Shown: positions 1 through 8,329 of the stretch, piece by piece
Layout of the letters: every line of letters starts with the position of its first letter
Position numbering within the stretch: the stretch's first letter is position 1
DNA from: a virus
Lineage: Duplodnaviria; Caudoviricetes
Strand: one strand, 5' to 3'
Length of the DNA: 24,020 nucleotides
IMG/VR virus record: IMGVR_UViG_3300012919_000041
Span: 1-24,020 of that record
Notes under the pieces: generated by a model
What the model saw: the letters and a program-made list of their open reading frames with translations, nothing else
Databases searched by the model: none
Told to the model about the DNA's origin: nothing
Position numbers and translations under genes: made by a program

Positions 1-153
1 AACATCTACGTTACCTGCGTTATCACCAACAAAGAGTCTTTCTCCTTTGTTTGCCTGAGTACCAGTACCGATCGTTAGACCAAGTTCACCGAACTGAAGA
101 CTTCCGGGAGCTGTTGTACCCGTCGATCTTTTTACTCGTATAATACTAGCCAT
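1..153 (-). CDS. Tail fibre protein, N-terminal fragment (runs off the window edge); T4 gp36/gp37-like or Mtd_N-like N-terminal attachment domain
   Basis: Not in the ORF track. ATG at 153-151 is open to base 1: MASIIRVKRSTGTTAPGSLQFGELGLTIGTGTQANKGERLFVGDNAGNVDV. The IxxKRS...P..L..GEL......RLFVG pattern is typical of myovirus fibre N-termini. GGAGGT lies 11 nt upstream, and the ATG is 2 nt after the previous stop. Confidence 0.8.
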   Translation of the reverse strand, partial: MASIIRVKRSTGTTAPGSLQFGELGLTIGTGTQANKGERLFVGDNAGNVDV

Positions 154-155
154 TT

Positions 156-383
156 CTAAAAGTTACCTCCATTGATATCCAAGTTTTGTGTCGTTCCGGG
201 TGTTAATGTCAAAGTTGCTTCAAATTTTGCAGTGGTTGAATTGTAAACAAGAACCATTCCATTTTGTGGATTGTTGACCTCTGTATCACTAAGTCCTGCT
301 AGAGTACCACTGACGTTTCCTGCTAATGAGGATACGACTTTAGTTGCATTTTGTTGTCCAACACGGACTTTGATGTTTGCCAT
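156..383 (-). CDS. Small virion structural / fibre-associated protein (75 aa)
   Basis: ORF track. TAATG overlap with the upstream gene. Contains L..LSD......QNGMVLVYNSTTAKF (a fibre-type repeat) and ends DINGGNF, a C-terminal GGxF motif seen in small cyanophage structural proteins. Confidence 0.8.
   Translation of the reverse strand: MANIKVRVGQQNATKVVSSLAGNVSGTLAGLSDTEVNNPQNGMVLVYNSTTAKFEATLTLTPGTTQNLDINGGNF
165..170 (-). promoter_or_regulatory. Shine-Dalgarno sequence for the tail fibre gene
   Basis: Plus-strand acctcc is GGAGGT on the minus strand, 11 nt before the ATG at 153. It is embedded in the Gly-Gly codons of the upstream ORF. Confidence 0.6.
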
Positions 384-724
384 TAGCGAGTCACTCCTTG
401 CCTTACTAAAACAGATCCTTCAACAACTCTTGTTACTTCACCTACACTATCAGAAACGATAACGTCATAAACGTATCTTCCGGGTTTAAGTGTTGCAGTC
501 GTTGCACTTGATAAACCAACTTGTACTTGACCATTCTCAGCATTTTGAATTGACGCTGTAAATGTTGCTGCAGCGTTAGTGCTTCCTGCATGTTTTCTCA
601 TCTGAGACGATGCACTAAACCCACTAAGGTCTAATGCAGAATTAGATGAGATATTTTCTAATGAAAATGTTTGTTGGAAGGTAGCACCTGTATTGATTAC
701 AAGGTTACTAACATATACTGCCAT
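383..724 (-). CDS. Virion structural protein, BppU N-terminal-like / fibre adaptor beta-sandwich (113 aa)
   Basis: ORF track. The pattern NLVINTGATF...LDLSGF....QMRK...G.V.V.LS...T..L.PGRYVYDV......V.RVVEG.V.V is typical of this phage adaptor family. Lies directly downstream of a late promoter. Confidence 0.8.
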   Translation of the reverse strand: MAVYVSNLVINTGATFQQTFSLENISSNSALDLSGFSASSQMRKHAGSTNAAATFTASIQNAENGQVQVGLSSATTATLKPGRYVYDVIVSDSVGEVTRVVEGSVLVRQGVTR

Positions 725-752
725 TTATAATAATAAAATATGATCTATAGTT

Positions 753-760
753 TATTTATA
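753..760 (-). promoter_or_regulatory. T4-type late promoter (gp55 sigma)
   Basis: Plus-strand tatttata is TATAAATA on the minus strand, a perfect consensus, in the 46-nt intergenic gap and 28 nt upstream of the ATG at 724. Confidence 0.85.
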
Positions 761-770
761 TTTTGATGTA

Positions 771-971
771 CTATGAATTTTTCTGAATTAAATCATTCAG
801 AAGCCCTTTGAGAGTATCTATCTCAGCTTTAAGACTATCTATTTCAGATTTTTCATTTAATTTTTTATTTTTCATCTTTTTATATCTCATATAACCAGTT
901 GTATCGCAGTTAACGATAGCTCCAGTATTTTCATCACGATAAAGATGTTTATGTCCTTCTACTCGTATCAT
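771..971 (-). CDS. Conserved hypothetical cyanophage protein with C-terminal coiled coil (66 aa)
   Basis: ORF track. ATGA overlap with the DUF4815 gene stop. N-terminal VEGHKHLYRDENTGAIVN motif, followed by the heptad pattern EIDSLKAEIDTLKGLLNDLI. Confidence 0.8.
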   Translation of the reverse strand: MIRVEGHKHLYRDENTGAIVNCDTTGYMRYKKMKNKKLNEKSEIDSLKAEIDTLKGLLNDLIQKNS

Positions 972-3900
972 GCTAATGCAATTGCTCGTAGATCACTTAA
1001 TCTTGGTGCTTCGGCTTCATTTGTACCACTAAACACCACTTTAATTACGAACCCAGTAAATTCTGGTAGATTATCAGCAGTGAACTGATATTCTAAAAAT
1101 TCGTTATCTGTGCTTGATGCAACTTTTGCATCTGGTCTACCACTATTTCTAGCAGTGTTAATTACATCATCACCAAAACCATCACCATCTGTATCAAGTA
1201 AATTATCAAATCCGGGGAACAATTCATATGTTTGCTCTCCTTCACTCACCTCACCGGTGAATAATTTATAAAGAACTCTAAAGTCGGATGACTCATTTCT
1301 AAGTGCACTCAATACAACCTGCAATGAAGTTGCTGGTTGCTTCAAATCAACACGGTTGGAGATGTAAACTCCTGCGTGAGGATCATTAGAATTTAATTTT
1401 ACTCTTTGATCAGTGGCATAATCACCCACGGGGTTATTTAATCTATTTCTTATATAAAGAATAGATGCATTCATCGTATCAACAATAGGTGATAAATTTT
1501 TATCACCAGATAACATTCTAATCGCGACTGTATTTGATCTATTTAATGGTAAATCTGTCAAATATGTATCTTCATTAATTGGTGATGCAACTAACCTTGG
1601 TGTACTTAAAGGATTTATTTTATTAAGTTCAATATTTTCAAACCCTTGATCAAGGAATGATACTTCATTTCCACCTGCACTTGTTCCACTAACTGTTCTT
1701 GTACGAGCAGATATGGCTGTCTGACCGGGAGTTATAAAATTCATTCTTGGATAAATTTGATTAAATTGTATATTTTGAGAGGCAAATATTTGTTTACCAC
1801 CTCCAAATGAATCATTAAAGAAATTCAACATTGCATCTTCTTGGTTTGCAATACCAGTTCTTATTGGATCGTTTACTGAATTAAACACCGCACCTCTAGC
1901 TATTTCAAGATAGTACTTATCAATATCACTTTCACTTCTTAATAATGTAGTGGATGGTAATTGATGATCAGTGTTTATGCCTGTTAATGAGAATCCATTA
2001 AATTCATACTTATAGATTAAACTTCCAACTTCATGCTCACGAATAGCTGAACCATCAACACCTCTTTGAGTGATAGTTAATGTTTCAGTGCTACTAACAC
2101 CATCGTACAACATGATTTCATTGTTGACTTTAAGATATCCCCTTGAAGTTGATATACCTTCAAATGAAGCAAAAGCCTGTGTACCTGCAACACCAACATT
2201 AACTGGATCTGCAATAGTCATTACCGAGTCTGATAAACCAAATGACTCATTTAGTACAACTGGAGCTGTAGTTGGTAATACATTTGAAATTCTTAACTTA
2301 TTATTACCAGAGTGCATACCATGATTATATTGACTTACTTCAATAACATTTCCTTCATAAAGTGAATTTATTGGTGTGTTTACAGTGCCATCCACTTGTT
2401 TGTTTCCTGTTAAGGCAACAAATTGTGTTCCATTAAAACGTAAAAGTGGTGCGTTATCAAGGAATTGTTTTCCCTGAACATCAGTAAGATATAAAGTATC
2501 AGTTGCAGTTAAACTATTAACATTAATAGCACATCCTGTTCCCTGTAATAAAGTTGAAGAACTAGTTGTCAATCCAACAAAGTCTCCTTGTGAATATCCA
2601 GATCCTGCAGCATTCACACTATTCACATTACTTACGAATCCATTAGATGTGGTTATATTCAATTTTAATCCTGTTCCATTTCCTGTAATTGCAAATGTAT
2701 CGACTGTTACATTAGAAACTGCAGGATATCCAGTTCCACTCTGTCCTATCGATACAGCGTTTACAGTTCCACCAATTCTTTCAACTACTCCTTTTGGTGT
2801 AGTATTGGCAACACCGGCCACACCAGCACCAATAACAGTTCCGGGCACTATCTCAGATGCTGTTGCACCTGTATCAATCTTCACCTTCATTTTTCTTGGT
2901 AAAGTTCTGATTGCATTATTACCCAAATTTGGAATCTGAGCACTTTCATAGTTTAATGATGGATTATAGAAAATTAATTCTGCGTCTCTTGATTTAGAGA
3001 AGTCTGCCTTATAAAGTGTAAATTTGAGATCTTCAAATTGACTTGCAGTCCATATAGATCCGTTTTGAGATTTAAATAAACTACCTCCAATATACTGTTT
3101 AGAAATTATTACGCTTTCAGCATCAGGTAAACTTTGAGTTTCAATTGTTGGTTCACCCATTCTACCAATCCATGCCTCATAATTATCACTAGAAGGAGCT
3201 AGAAGAACCACAGCGTACTCTTCACCAGCCTCAAGGTAAATTGGTGAAGGGAAAGTAACTCTAGTTGCTACAGAGGCATCCTCAGATATATTAATTTGAG
3301 ATGGATCTAATACTACTTGTGCATAGTCTTGAATTAGGATAAGTGTTGGGGTTCCTAATTGAACAGTTCTAATTTGTACGGTGAGTTTCTCTTTAACATC
3401 TTTTGATCTAAAGTATAAGTCAACAGCCGTTAAGAAAGCACCACTCTCATCAACTATGAATGATTGAGCTAGAGGGTCATCATCTTCAATTCTCACAACT
3501 TCACGAATAACCTCAGTAACCTCAGTTACGTTTGTAATATTCTCAGTAACATTAGTAACGTTAGTAACATTAGTTACTTCAGTAACTTCAGTAACGTTAG
3601 TAATAAATTCGTTAGTAACATTTGTGATTTCGTTTGTTATGAATTCATTTGTAATATTAAAAACAACCGGCACTGGAGGTGGTGGTGGAATACGTACAAC
3701 CACTGAAGATTGTCTAAATGTATCAACAACTCCACTTGTTCGATAAGTCTGTTCTACTTGACTAATTGAAGGATCTCCAAGTAGAGGTTGTGAATTATTT
3801 GAACTAGATGTTAACTTAAATGTTTTAGTTCCATTTGTAAATCTCAACTGTGGTGCTGGAACAGATAATGGATCACGGAAAAAGAAAGCTCCTCGAAGAT

Positions 3901-6900
3901 CTCCTACACCATCAGATATTAATCTTGGTGTTCTGACTGTCGCAGTAGCTCCACTCATCTCACCAACTAGTTTTATTCCTGATGCAATATATCCAAAATA
4001 TCTACCCTGAGCTTCCTCAACCAAAGAACCTACATCAATGTTTAACACAGTAGAGGAAGAAGAATAAAGACTTGGTAAAGTTACAGAGGGATTATAAGGA
4101 TTGGTTACATATATTGTTTCTGAAGTTTTATGATTTGGTGCTTTTGTTCTTACAGAAAATATACGATCTGGCCCATCAAAACCTTCGACCGTTTCACCTA
4201 AATCAAACGCACCTGAGTCCATTGATATTTCAATCAATTTTGGTATGATATCTATTCCTGATGTGCTATCAAAGAAAGGATAAAATCTTGTATTTGGTTT
4301 TAAACCACTGGCATCAAAAGATACATTTCGAGATCTAATATGAGTATCCGGTTCGCTACTTACAATACGATCTGATGTAAATGTACCCTCAACATCACCT
4401 AAAACAGTCCTTGTACCACCATCAAGAATAACATTTCGTGTCCATGTATCTGCACTAGGACTTAATATCATTCTTCCCCTAAAGGTCACAATATTAAATG
4501 GGTTTACATTTTCAACTCTAGATGCAAGTGGTTGATCAAGCATTACCACTTCATCATAATCAAGAGTGATTAAATCACCCGTTTTTCTCACACCAGAATC
4601 CAATAATTCTAAGTTACTTGAAAAATCTGCGGTGCTTGGATTTAAAGAATTACTGATAGCTAACTCTGGTTTTATAGAATAAAAATCAGTTGGAGTAACC
4701 AAATGTTGTAAACTTCCAATAACATCACATTTGCAGTCTGGATTTCTACGGTCTAATAATCTAGTATTTTTAAAATCATCAACAAAAAATCCAGTTTTGA
4801 ATCTTGACAGTCCATCAGCATCTTGAATTTGTAATGATTTTGTATCTAATTCTAGTAATGATAAAGATGTTAATTCTTCAAGATTTTCAATTCTATCCTC
4901 TAAATCACCAATATCTCTCATCGTATAACGACGATTATCAACAACTGTAATTACAGCGTCTTTTGTATCGTAAAGATATGCAGGAACTTCTATTGTTGCA
5001 ATAGTCATTGCTGTCTCAATGTCAGCTGGAATGACTGGATTTTGTGATGATACACCTTTAATTACTTGAAAATAACCACCTGTGTATGCTTTTCCACTAG
5101 AATCACCGGGGTCTAATACCAATTTGTCTATTCTAGGTAGATAGAATTTAAAATCTACGGTGGATGCTTCGTTTGGAGCGGGTATTAGTGTTGGATTTGT
5201 TCCTGAAGCACTAAAAACTCTTGAATTAAATGCAAACGGTGATGAACCGCTAAATGCAGTTGTTTCAACTCTTGGTCTAAAGTCTAACGTGTCTGAAGCT
5301 CTTAAAGTTCCGTTTTTGAGTAATGGGATGTCTTTAAAATTATTAGCTGGATATGAATCAACAGTAAATAAATCACCAGTATCATTTGCTGGAACTGTAA
5401 ATTTATCAAAAATAACTCTTACTCTTCTTGACGGAATTGTTGCGCCATCCTTTCTAACAATTCTAGAATAATCTGCAAATTCTTCTCTTTGCCCATCATC
5501 GAGAACAAAATTTGAAGTTATATCTAAAAATAATCCAGCAATCTTTCCTTGTAGATTTGTAGTAATATTTGACTCTTCAAAAGTAATTGATTCTCCAACA
5601 ATAAATTTATTTTGTGTTAAATTTATAATCTCTACTGTGGTTGCATTTGTTGCCTCTACCAGAACAGCAATAGCACCACTTTGTGCACCCTTTATCTTTT
5701 CCCCTTTAATAGTATTAGAATTAAGAGCTAATCCACTGACAAAAACCAACTTATCCAAAATAGGATCAGCTAGGTTGACTGATTCGTATACACCAATTAT
5801 CTTGTATACATCAGGAGTATTCAGAGAAATTTCTTTATCATCAACTCTTAATCCATAATATTTGTTGAATGTCAATCCATCTGTTGCAACACCTACTCTA
5901 GATGTTTGTTGAATCGCAACACTATTACTTCTGGAAACGTTTTTAGTTTTATTATTAATTACATCTTTCTCTAAGGTCACATTTATCACTACATTTGCAT
6001 TATTTGCAAGGTTTTTGATGTTAACTTGTTGATTATTGGCAACAAGTTGCACTTGACTTTCAGTAAGAGCTTGGTGACGAGTATCACTTGATGATTTAAG
6101 AGAAACACTATAACGATCACCATCATATGGTGCAAAAGTTGCATCTGACACACCAGCGTCTGCAAGTGAAATTGCTAATGTTCCTGTATTAGATGTTTGT
6201 TTCTGTACTTGTTTTTTGATGAATAGTTTTGATTGTGCTGTTGAGAGATCGGAAACATTCTTCTTCTGTAACTCTGCATATAGTCCAGCATCATTTAAAA
6301 ATATTTGTGGTCGAGCAACATGAACTCCAGTTGGTGATAACACTGACATCAATGTTCCAACATTAACACCCGTTACAGAATCTGTTGCGGCTAAAGTAAC
6401 TGTTTTTAAATCTGTGGAAATTTCAGTTACGCGGTTAAATCTTGGTGCAACATCTGATGTTAAATTAACAATGATGATATCATCAACTTTCAAAGATCCA
6501 AATGTTTTACCTGCACATGTTAATTCTGATTCACCACCTGAAGCTGCACTTATATTAACTTCATCTCCTAATCCAAGATTTTTTATTATCCTTGGTTGTA
6601 ATACTAAATCACCACTAAAATTAACATTAGATGCAAATGTGTTTAGTTGGGATACTGCCTTAACATCTTCTAAACCAAATCGAGTCACAGATTTAATAGA
6701 TCTATGTGAGGCCAGTGATGAATCTACAGAGGATCCATTAATTCTTAGTTGCTCACCTCTAATAAATGTACCTGATACTTGCTCAAGGTTGAATGTGGTG
6801 CCAGAGCCTGCAGATACAGCAAATCCGCTTGCACCACTACTTAATCCTTCAACAAAACTACCTTCAGGTAATGACTGACTGTTTATAGATGTATTTAAAA

Positions 6901-8326
6901 CAATTTGAGTGAATGTTTGAACATCGAACACATAAAGATCAAATTGAGTTGTTGCATCTTTATATTGAGAATCTGTATTTTCAAATGCGTAAATTCTTGC
7001 TCTTCCTATTTCAGAACCATTAGATCCGGGATTATTTCCTGTTGGTTTTCTTTGAGATCTAAGACTAACAGTTGAATTTGCAATTGTGTTATTGAGACCT
7101 ATGACAGGAGATCCATGAACATTATTTAATTTTAATAAAGTTCCAAGTTTAAAATTAACTTTTGCAGTGTTAAATTCTTCCTTGTCTCTTGGTTTATCAA
7201 CGTCTATCACTGATGTGTTAGGTTTTTCAACATCATGTCCTCTTACATATGCCTTTCCCGGTGATACTTTGACACACATAAAGGGTTCAGCAGGAATATT
7301 CTTCTGATCAGTTAATTCACCTTCAGAAAAAACACCCTCATTTGATAATCCATCATTCAAACACTCTGCAACTTCTACCTTAAAGTTACCTACAGAATAA
7401 CTTCCAGATTCTTCATAAGTTCTCTGAGCAATATAATCTTTAATATAAGAATAATCTGGTTTTTGTTCATTTTTCTTAAGTTGTCCATTATCAAGACGTA
7501 CTAATTCAACAAAGTTTTTGTCATTAAAGTCAGTAAGTGGTTTTTTTGTTAATGTGGTTTTGATTTGAAGTCTATCTGCACCGGGAGCTGCAAAGTTTGA
7601 AAAACCTCTTGCATTATCAAACAATGATGAATCATCTTTTGCCTGAACAATTTGCTCCTGAATGAATAATCCAACCCTATAATTAGGAACGTTAGAATAT
7701 GGATCAAGAACAATTTTATCAGCAGAAACATTAACAAAATGACCTCGAATAAAAAATACACCATCTGCTATTGAAACTGAGCATCCGACGTTCGATGCGT
7801 TCTGATCAACTAATGTCGCTACTGTCTCACCAGCAGTTATTTCAGTGTTTCCGTATATAAATGATTCCTCTACTAAAAGATTTTCACCATCTGCCATGAA
7901 TGATATTTCATTATCATCACCAGAATCTAAGTATTTTACAAATAATGTTAGATCAGTTACATCTGTAGAGTTCTCAGGAAGTGCATAATTATCAATTTTG
8001 ATTCTTATTCCTGTCTCTTGACCTTTTAATATTTTTCCTTTTAAATTTTCAACATATAATGATACTGGAATACCTAGATGATCACCTTCTAATTTAATTG
8101 AATAGTATTCGTAATCATAATTTGTTCCTCCGGGGATGACCATTGACCCCTCTTTAAAAATATGACTACCAAATGTTTCTACTTGATCTTGTAATATTGA
8201 TTGTAAAGTTGTTAACTCACGAGCCTGTACTGGTCTACCCGGATTGAATAAAACCCTATAGAACTGATTATCCTTGGAAAAGTCGTCGTAATATGGACTT
8301 ATATTTAAATTCGTTTTTTGTGGCAT
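968..8326 (-). CDS. DUF4815-domain / VrlC-like ('virulence-associated') large virion structural protein (2452 aa)
   Basis: Hallmark motifs: N-terminal NLNISPYYDDF...FYRVLFNPGRPVQARELTTLQSILQDQ, APGADRL, RTYEESGSY, YLPRIDKL, RRYTMRDIG.LE.RI.NLE, GFFVDDF, DPLAQSF and GSLFKSQN, ending P.L.DLRAIALA. Its position after gp8 matches T4-like cyanophages. Confidence 0.9.
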   Translation of the reverse strand: MPQKTNLNISPYYDDFSKDNQFYRVLFNPGRPVQARELTTLQSILQDQVETFGSHIFKEGSMVIPGGTNYDYEYYSIKLEGDHLGIPVSLYVENLKGKILKGQETGIRIKIDNYALPENSTDVTDLTLFVKYLDSGDDNEISFMADGENLLVEESFIYGNTEITAGETVATLVDQNASNVGCSVSIADGVFFIRGHFVNVSADKIVLDPYSNVPNYRVGLFIQEQIVQAKDDSSLFDNARGFSNFAAPGADRLQIKTTLTKKPLTDFNDKNFVELVRLDNGQLKKNEQKPDYSYIKDYIAQRTYEESGSYSVGNFKVEVAECLNDGLSNEGVFSEGELTDQKNIPAEPFMCVKVSPGKAYVRGHDVEKPNTSVIDVDKPRDKEEFNTAKVNFKLGTLLKLNNVHGSPVIGLNNTIANSTVSLRSQRKPTGNNPGSNGSEIGRARIYAFENTDSQYKDATTQFDLYVFDVQTFTQIVLNTSINSQSLPEGSFVEGLSSGASGFAVSAGSGTTFNLEQVSGTFIRGEQLRINGSSVDSSLASHRSIKSVTRFGLEDVKAVSQLNTFASNVNFSGDLVLQPRIIKNLGLGDEVNISAASGGESELTCAGKTFGSLKVDDIIIVNLTSDVAPRFNRVTEISTDLKTVTLAATDSVTGVNVGTLMSVLSPTGVHVARPQIFLNDAGLYAELQKKNVSDLSTAQSKLFIKKQVQKQTSNTGTLAISLADAGVSDATFAPYDGDRYSVSLKSSSDTRHQALTESQVQLVANNQQVNIKNLANNANVVINVTLEKDVINNKTKNVSRSNSVAIQQTSRVGVATDGLTFNKYYGLRVDDKEISLNTPDVYKIIGVYESVNLADPILDKLVFVSGLALNSNTIKGEKIKGAQSGAIAVLVEATNATTVEIINLTQNKFIVGESITFEESNITTNLQGKIAGLFLDITSNFVLDDGQREEFADYSRIVRKDGATIPSRRVRVIFDKFTVPANDTGDLFTVDSYPANNFKDIPLLKNGTLRASDTLDFRPRVETTAFSGSSPFAFNSRVFSASGTNPTLIPAPNEASTVDFKFYLPRIDKLVLDPGDSSGKAYTGGYFQVIKGVSSQNPVIPADIETAMTIATIEVPAYLYDTKDAVITVVDNRRYTMRDIGDLEDRIENLEELTSLSLLELDTKSLQIQDADGLSRFKTGFFVDDFKNTRLLDRRNPDCKCDVIGSLQHLVTPTDFYSIKPELAISNSLNPSTADFSSNLELLDSGVRKTGDLITLDYDEVVMLDQPLASRVENVNPFNIVTFRGRMILSPSADTWTRNVILDGGTRTVLGDVEGTFTSDRIVSSEPDTHIRSRNVSFDASGLKPNTRFYPFFDSTSGIDIIPKLIEISMDSGAFDLGETVEGFDGPDRIFSVRTKAPNHKTSETIYVTNPYNPSVTLPSLYSSSSTVLNIDVGSLVEEAQGRYFGYIASGIKLVGEMSGATATVRTPRLISDGVGDLRGAFFFRDPLSVPAPQLRFTNGTKTFKLTSSSNNSQPLLGDPSISQVEQTYRTSGVVDTFRQSSVVVRIPPPPPVPVVFNITNEFITNEITNVTNEFITNVTEVTEVTNVTNVTNVTENITNVTEVTEVIREVVRIEDDDPLAQSFIVDESGAFLTAVDLYFRSKDVKEKLTVQIRTVQLGTPTLILIQDYAQVVLDPSQINISEDASVATRVTFPSPIYLEAGEEYAVVLLAPSSDNYEAWIGRMGEPTIETQSLPDAESVIISKQYIGGSLFKSQNGSIWTASQFEDLKFTLYKADFSKSRDAELIFYNPSLNYESAQIPNLGNNAIRTLPRKMKVKIDTGATASEIVPGTVIGAGVAGVANTTPKGVVERIGGTVNAVSIGQSGTGYPAVSNVTVDTFAITGNGTGLKLNITTSNGFVSNVNSVNAAGSGYSQGDFVGLTTSSSTLLQGTGCAINVNSLTATDTLYLTDVQGKQFLDNAPLLRFNGTQFVALTGNKQVDGTVNTPINSLYEGNVIEVSQYNHGMHSGNNKLRISNVLPTTAPVVLNESFGLSDSVMTIADPVNVGVAGTQAFASFEGISTSRGYLKVNNEIMLYDGVSSTETLTITQRGVDGSAIREHEVGSLIYKYEFNGFSLTGINTDHQLPSTTLLRSESDIDKYYLEIARGAVFNSVNDPIRTGIANQEDAMLNFFNDSFGGGKQIFASQNIQFNQIYPRMNFITPGQTAISARTRTVSGTSAGGNEVSFLDQGFENIELNKINPLSTPRLVASPINEDTYLTDLPLNRSNTVAIRMLSGDKNLSPIVDTMNASILYIRNRLNNPVGDYATDQRVKLNSNDPHAGVYISNRVDLKQPATSLQVVLSALRNESSDFRVLYKLFTGEVSEGEQTYELFPGFDNLLDTDGDGFGDDVINTARNSGRPDAKVASSTDNEFLEYQFTADNLPEFTGFVIKVVFSGTNEAEAPRLSDLRAIALA
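3509..3658 (-). repeat. Imperfect 9-bp tandem coding repeat, (T-N/E-V/I)n, 50 aa
   Basis: Plus strand reads ...agtaacatt agtaacgtt agtaacatt agttacttc agtaacttc agtaacgtt...; it encodes NITNEFITNEITNVTNEFITNVTEVTEVTNVTNVTNVTENITNVTEVTEV. Confidence 0.9.
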
Positions 8327-8329
8327 TTC

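Noticed and set aside
725-770. Rho-independent terminators in the intergenic gaps (725-770, 9890-9926)
   Set aside because: No GC-rich stem-loop followed by a U-tract; the gaps are short AT-rich promoter/leader sequences.
3509-3658. Possible DGR variable/template repeat or CRISPR-like array
   Set aside because: Short 9-bp in-frame coding units with no spacers, no second near-identical copy differing at adenines, and no reverse transcriptase in the window.
7549-7764. Out-of-frame minus-strand ORFs (7549-7764 and 16379-16564)
   Set aside because: Nested in conserved coding regions, with composition typical of frame-shifted AT-rich sequence and no RBS.
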